Assembly (NCBI RefSeq): GCF_000008665.1
Contig: NC_000917.1
Coordinates: 2,146,401 to 2,178,400, forward strand
Reading direction: 5' to 3'
Origin: Archaeoglobus fulgidus DSM 4304
GTDB taxonomy: Archaea; Halobacteriota; Archaeoglobi; Archaeoglobales; Archaeoglobaceae
Length of the DNA stretch: 32,000 nt
Below, piece by piece: positions 29,104 through 32,000 of the stretch. The number at the start of each line of letters is the position of its first letter. Positions within the stretch are counted from its first letter, which is position 1. The translations under genes were made by a program, and so were the position numbers. Under the pieces are notes generated by a model. It searched no databases and was not told the origin of the DNA. It saw nothing but the letters and a program-made list of their open reading frames with translations.

Positions 29104-29547
29104 TTACGGAAAAACTGAGCCCCCATCTTTCAAAATCTCCAGCAACCTCTTCCTCCTCTCAATCGCCTCCATCTTCTCTCTGTAGCTACTGTGGTAGCTT
29201 ATCCTGTGCCTCACATCCTCCCACATCTTTCTCCAGTGGTAGAAGTACTCAGATATTTCAAGCTCGTCACCGAACAAAACGATGTAGTTCTCCATAACGG
29301 ATGCTTTCACCTTCAAGGGCAAAAGCTCGAAAACACGAACATCGTAAATCGGCTTAGCCTTCCATAGCTCTTTCTGAATCTCAAAATTTCTCTTCCTGTC
29401 CTTGACCCTCGTTATAACTGCCACATCAATATCCGAGCCCTCCCTATACTCTCCAGTGACATAGGAGCCGTAAATGACGGCCTCGTATCTGGAAAACTCC
29501 CTGAGGTCTTTCCTTATCTGCTCAAGGCTCAATTTTTTCGAGGACAT
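29104..29547 (-). CDS. MNT-type nucleotidyltransferase (putative MntA antitoxin)
   Basis: EAVIYGSYVTGEYREGSDIDVAVITR matches GSxxxGxxxxxSDID; overlaps the upstream HEPN ORF by 26 nt. Confidence 0.9.
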   Translation of the reverse strand: MSSKKLSLEQIRKDLREFSRYEAVIYGSYVTGEYREGSDIDVAVITRVKDRKRNFEIQKELWKAKPIYDVRVFELLPLKVKASVMENYIVLFGDELEISEYFYHWRKMWEDVRHRISYHSSYREKMEAIERRKRLLEILKDGGSVFP

Positions 29548-29920
29548 CCTCCACCCTCTGAATAAACTTCAGCAGGAGAGCTTTGACCTCTTCCACAGAG
29601 CTGAGAACGAGTTCCTTGTCCACTCTGTTGTATCTATGCACCAGCCAGTTCCTTAGTCCGTTGCACTTTTTCAGACCTTCTGCAAGCTCTTCATCGATTA
29701 TGCCAAGCTCTTTCAGCATTTCCACATTCGAGTAATCATCCTCCACCCTCCCACCGAGGTCTTTGACGAGCATTGCGGATATGTCCATGGCTGACTCGAT
29801 GGAGGTCAGGAGATTGTAAAAAACGCCGCTTACCTCAATCGGAGTCTTAACTCTCTCGGGTATCTCGCTCAAAGCCTCCACAATATACTCAATTTTTTCC
29901 AGATATCTCTCCCGCCTCAA
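29522..29920 (-). CDS. HEPN/HepT-like (DUF86) protein, putative RNase toxin
   Basis: Reading the bases gives a minus-strand TTG-initiated ORF (track says +). GLRNWLVHRYNRVDKELV carries the RX4HXY motif typical of HepT. Confidence 0.9.
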   Translation of the reverse strand: MRRERYLEKIEYIVEALSEIPERVKTPIEVSGVFYNLLTSIESAMDISAMLVKDLGGRVEDDYSNVEMLKELGIIDEELAEGLKKCNGLRNWLVHRYNRVDKELVLSSVEEVKALLLKFIQRVEDVLEKIEP

Positions 29921-29997
29921 CTTTATTCCCTTGTCTCAATTCTATTTATTATTTTTCCTTATTATCTTTCAGAGCTTCAATCATCGTTTTAGCGGAC

Positions 29998-30276
29998 CTA
30001 AATCACTTCCTCACCGCCGAGCCCTTTCTCTATCCCCATAACTTCCCTTTTGAAGGCATCAGCGCTTCTGAAGCGATAGATGACCACCATATCTTCATCC
30101 TCGTTTATTATCTCCCTCAGACCCATTTTAACCTCTTCAAGATCAGCGGAGCTGAGCTCCCCCTCGAAAAGGGAGTTCTGAACCCAATTCAAATAGCGCC
30201 TCAAAAACTTCTTGACCCTGTTCACCCTCTCAACGTTCACGTCGTAGGCAACTATGACGTACACAATCACCACCAC
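29998..30276 (-). CDS. cas2: CRISPR-associated protein Cas2
   Basis: [46 protein letters not shown]; 92 aa; overlaps the cas1 3' end. Confidence 0.96.
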
Positions 30277-31235
30277 ATAACGAACGGTGAGTATTTCTCA
30301 ACGGCCGTAAAGTGCTTGACAAGCTTGTAGCATTCGAGCCTTATAAGGCGCTGGTAAGACACTTTCCTGTTTAGCTTTCTGTGCTTGACGGTCTTCTCAA
30401 GCCTCTCGTTGAAGTGCCTGACGAACTTCTTTTTCCCCTCCTCGCTGAGCAAAATCCCGCCGAGCCTGCTGTCGAAGTCTGATTCAGTAACAATCCCGTT
30501 GTTCACCAAGTAGAAAATCAGCCTGTCAACAATTACGGGCTTGAAAAGCTCGGCAATGTCGAGGGCGAGACTGAATCTTCTCTCAGACGGCTCGTGGAGG
30601 TAGCTTATTGCCGGATTTAGCTGGGTGTGGTAAATTTCAGAAAGAACGGCCGAGTAAAGCAGGGAATTTCCAAAGCTGATCATCGCATTCACTTCATTTT
30701 CAGGAGGCATTCTGCTCCTCTTCCCGAACTCAAAATTTTTGAGTATTTCATCGAATTTAGTGTAGTAGGCGTTTCTCGCAGCAGCCTCTGCCCCCATAAG
30801 CTCAACAATGCTTTTAGCAGAGCTCAGATGCTGCAGAGATGCGATGACGTCTGAGTCATCCTGCTCCGCCTTCTTCAGAACCCTTGCCATATTGAGAATA
30901 GCTCCCTCCACAAAAGCTCTGGCAAGGTGCAGCCTCTTCTCGCTGTCAAGGTGATGCTCAGCCTGCCTCAAAACAACCTCACCCGAAACGAGGCTCTCCC
31001 TCGGATAGAATGAGCCGATATAGTAGCCGTAACGGTTGAAGAAGTGGATGCAAACTCCTTCCTTTGCAAGAAGGCTTATTGCTTTGGAAGTTATGCTCAA
31101 AGAGCCAAGAGCGTAGATTGCGTAGATTGAGTTGATAGGAATTGGCCTTTTGCCATCCTCATTCTCAAAGTAAATGGTGTTCTCGTGCCTTCTCAGCTTC
31201 CCATCAGACACGAGGTAGTAATTTTTCTTTCTCAT
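30267..31235 (-). CDS. cas1: CRISPR-associated integrase Cas1
   Basis: [23 protein letters not shown]..., [82 protein letters not shown] at 31235; the track start at 31340 is too far upstream. Confidence 0.97.
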
Positions 31236-31242
31236 GGCCCGA

Positions 31243-31746
31243 TCACGAAAAGCACAGCTCGTAGTAGGCGCACTTCGTGCAGTAGCTCTTCTTCTCAGGC
31301 TTTGGCATTGATGAGCTCTTGATTGCCTTAATCTCTTCAAGAATGCTTTTCAACTTCACCAGTAAATTCTCGTCCAGCTCCACACTTACATTTTTCCTGC
31401 TCTTCGGATAGCTTATCCTCCCCCTCGCCCTAACACCGTGCTTTGAGAGGTAGTAAAGGTAGTAGGCAAGCTGATAATAGTCGGCCTTCTCCATCCTGTC
31501 TGACTTCTTGACCTCAACAACCTCCAGCTCCTCCCCCCGCCTCACGATGTCCAGAGCCACCCTGCCAATCCGAACCTCCTTGTCGTCTCTGCTGAAATGC
31601 TGCCTGTGAACAAGCTTTCCCAGCTTAACAGAGTCGCTCTCATGCTCCATGGCAATGTTGCGGGAGAAAAGCCACAGCTTTGTTTTGCAAACGAAGTAGT
31701 AGCTCACCTCCGTTCCCCTTACAAATAGCTCTCCCTCAACAACCAT
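31243..31746 (-). CDS. cas4: CRISPR-associated exonuclease Cas4
   Basis: [64 protein letters not shown]-terminal [13 protein letters not shown]. Confidence 0.94.
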
Positions 31747-31761
31747 GATTAAAATATTCGT

Positions 31762-31780
31762 TTGTTATCATATATAACAA
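31762..31780 (-). promoter_or_regulatory. Inverted repeat overlapping the putative TATA box of the cas4-cas1-cas2 operon
   Basis: TTGTTAT-CATAT-ATAACAA (perfect 7-bp arms); the minus strand reads TTATATATG about 26 bp upstream of the cas4 ATG. Confidence 0.55.
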
Positions 31781-32000
31781 TTGCGATTCCTGCGGAAATA
31801 GTCTGGATTTGGAAAATTCGGTTCTTTGAGTGTTTGAATGTGTTGGAAAAAGCTATAAGGGGTTGTCACAGTAATTTATCTTGAGTTTTAATTGGGTAGA
31901 ATTATGTTTTATATTTGGTTGTTTTTGAGATTGGGTTGAGTTGGTTATTATTTGAGTGGTAAAGCTTGAGGAAAAGATTTTAAAGCAAAAATGTATTCAG
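31781..32000 (+). promoter_or_regulatory. Candidate CRISPR leader region (array not in window)
   Basis: Long AT-rich, ORF-free, low-complexity G/T-rich stretch upstream of the divergent cas4-cas1-cas2 operon, running to the window edge. Inferred from position and composition only. Confidence 0.4.

Noticed and set aside
31781-32000. CRISPR repeat array inside the window
   Set aside because: The region has T/G-rich near-repeats but no exact 25-37 nt direct repeats, so only a leader candidate is claimed.

Overview
The window is a gene-dense archaeal chromosomal segment. Codon usage (AGG/AGA Arg, ATA Ile), short intergenic gaps and gene content resemble Archaeoglobus, but this is inferred from recall and was not searched. 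I recognise about 30 genes: an Elp3 3' portion, a winged-helix protein, a UPF0058 protein, an Hrq1/MrfA-like helicase, an MBL hydrolase, a QueG-like Fe-S protein, an F420/LLM oxidoreductase, ThiC, a radical SAM/SPASM protein, an XRE regulator - HMG-CoA synthase - thiolase - DUF35 mevalonate-entry operon, an XPF-type nuclease, a receiver protein with a PAS sensor protein, LeuS, an adenosine-specific kinase-like protein, a DUF58/MoxR operon, Rio2 - DUF460 - TIM-barrel, a crotonase-family enzyme, a metallophosphoesterase fused to an LMW-PTP/ArsC-like domain, pyruvoyl arginine decarboxylase, a HEPN/MNT toxin-antitoxin pair, and a cas4-cas1-cas2 adaptation cassette at the right edge. The observations most worth checking are: (1) a clear single-base frameshift in HMG-CoA synthase at about 12452-12454; (2) the phosphoesterase/LMW-PTP fusion with Ser in place of the nucleophilic Cys; (3) a PAS/GAF sensor protein lacking both the H-box His and an ATPase domain, coupled to a lone receiver; (4) a CRISPR adaptation cassette followed by a HEPN/MNT pair, with an inverted repeat over the putative cas TATA box and a leader-like edge region; (5) direct repeats 20 bp apart flanking the TATA box of the XRE regulator; (6) four convergent gene pairs that each share a 4-nt palindromic stop; (7) the DUF460 double RNase H-like protein coupled to Rio2. 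No CRISPR repeats, tRNA, rRNA or intact mobile element were found. The supplied ORF track has at least three wrong strand labels (1226..1444, 5351..5545, 29522..29920), which I corrected from the bases.
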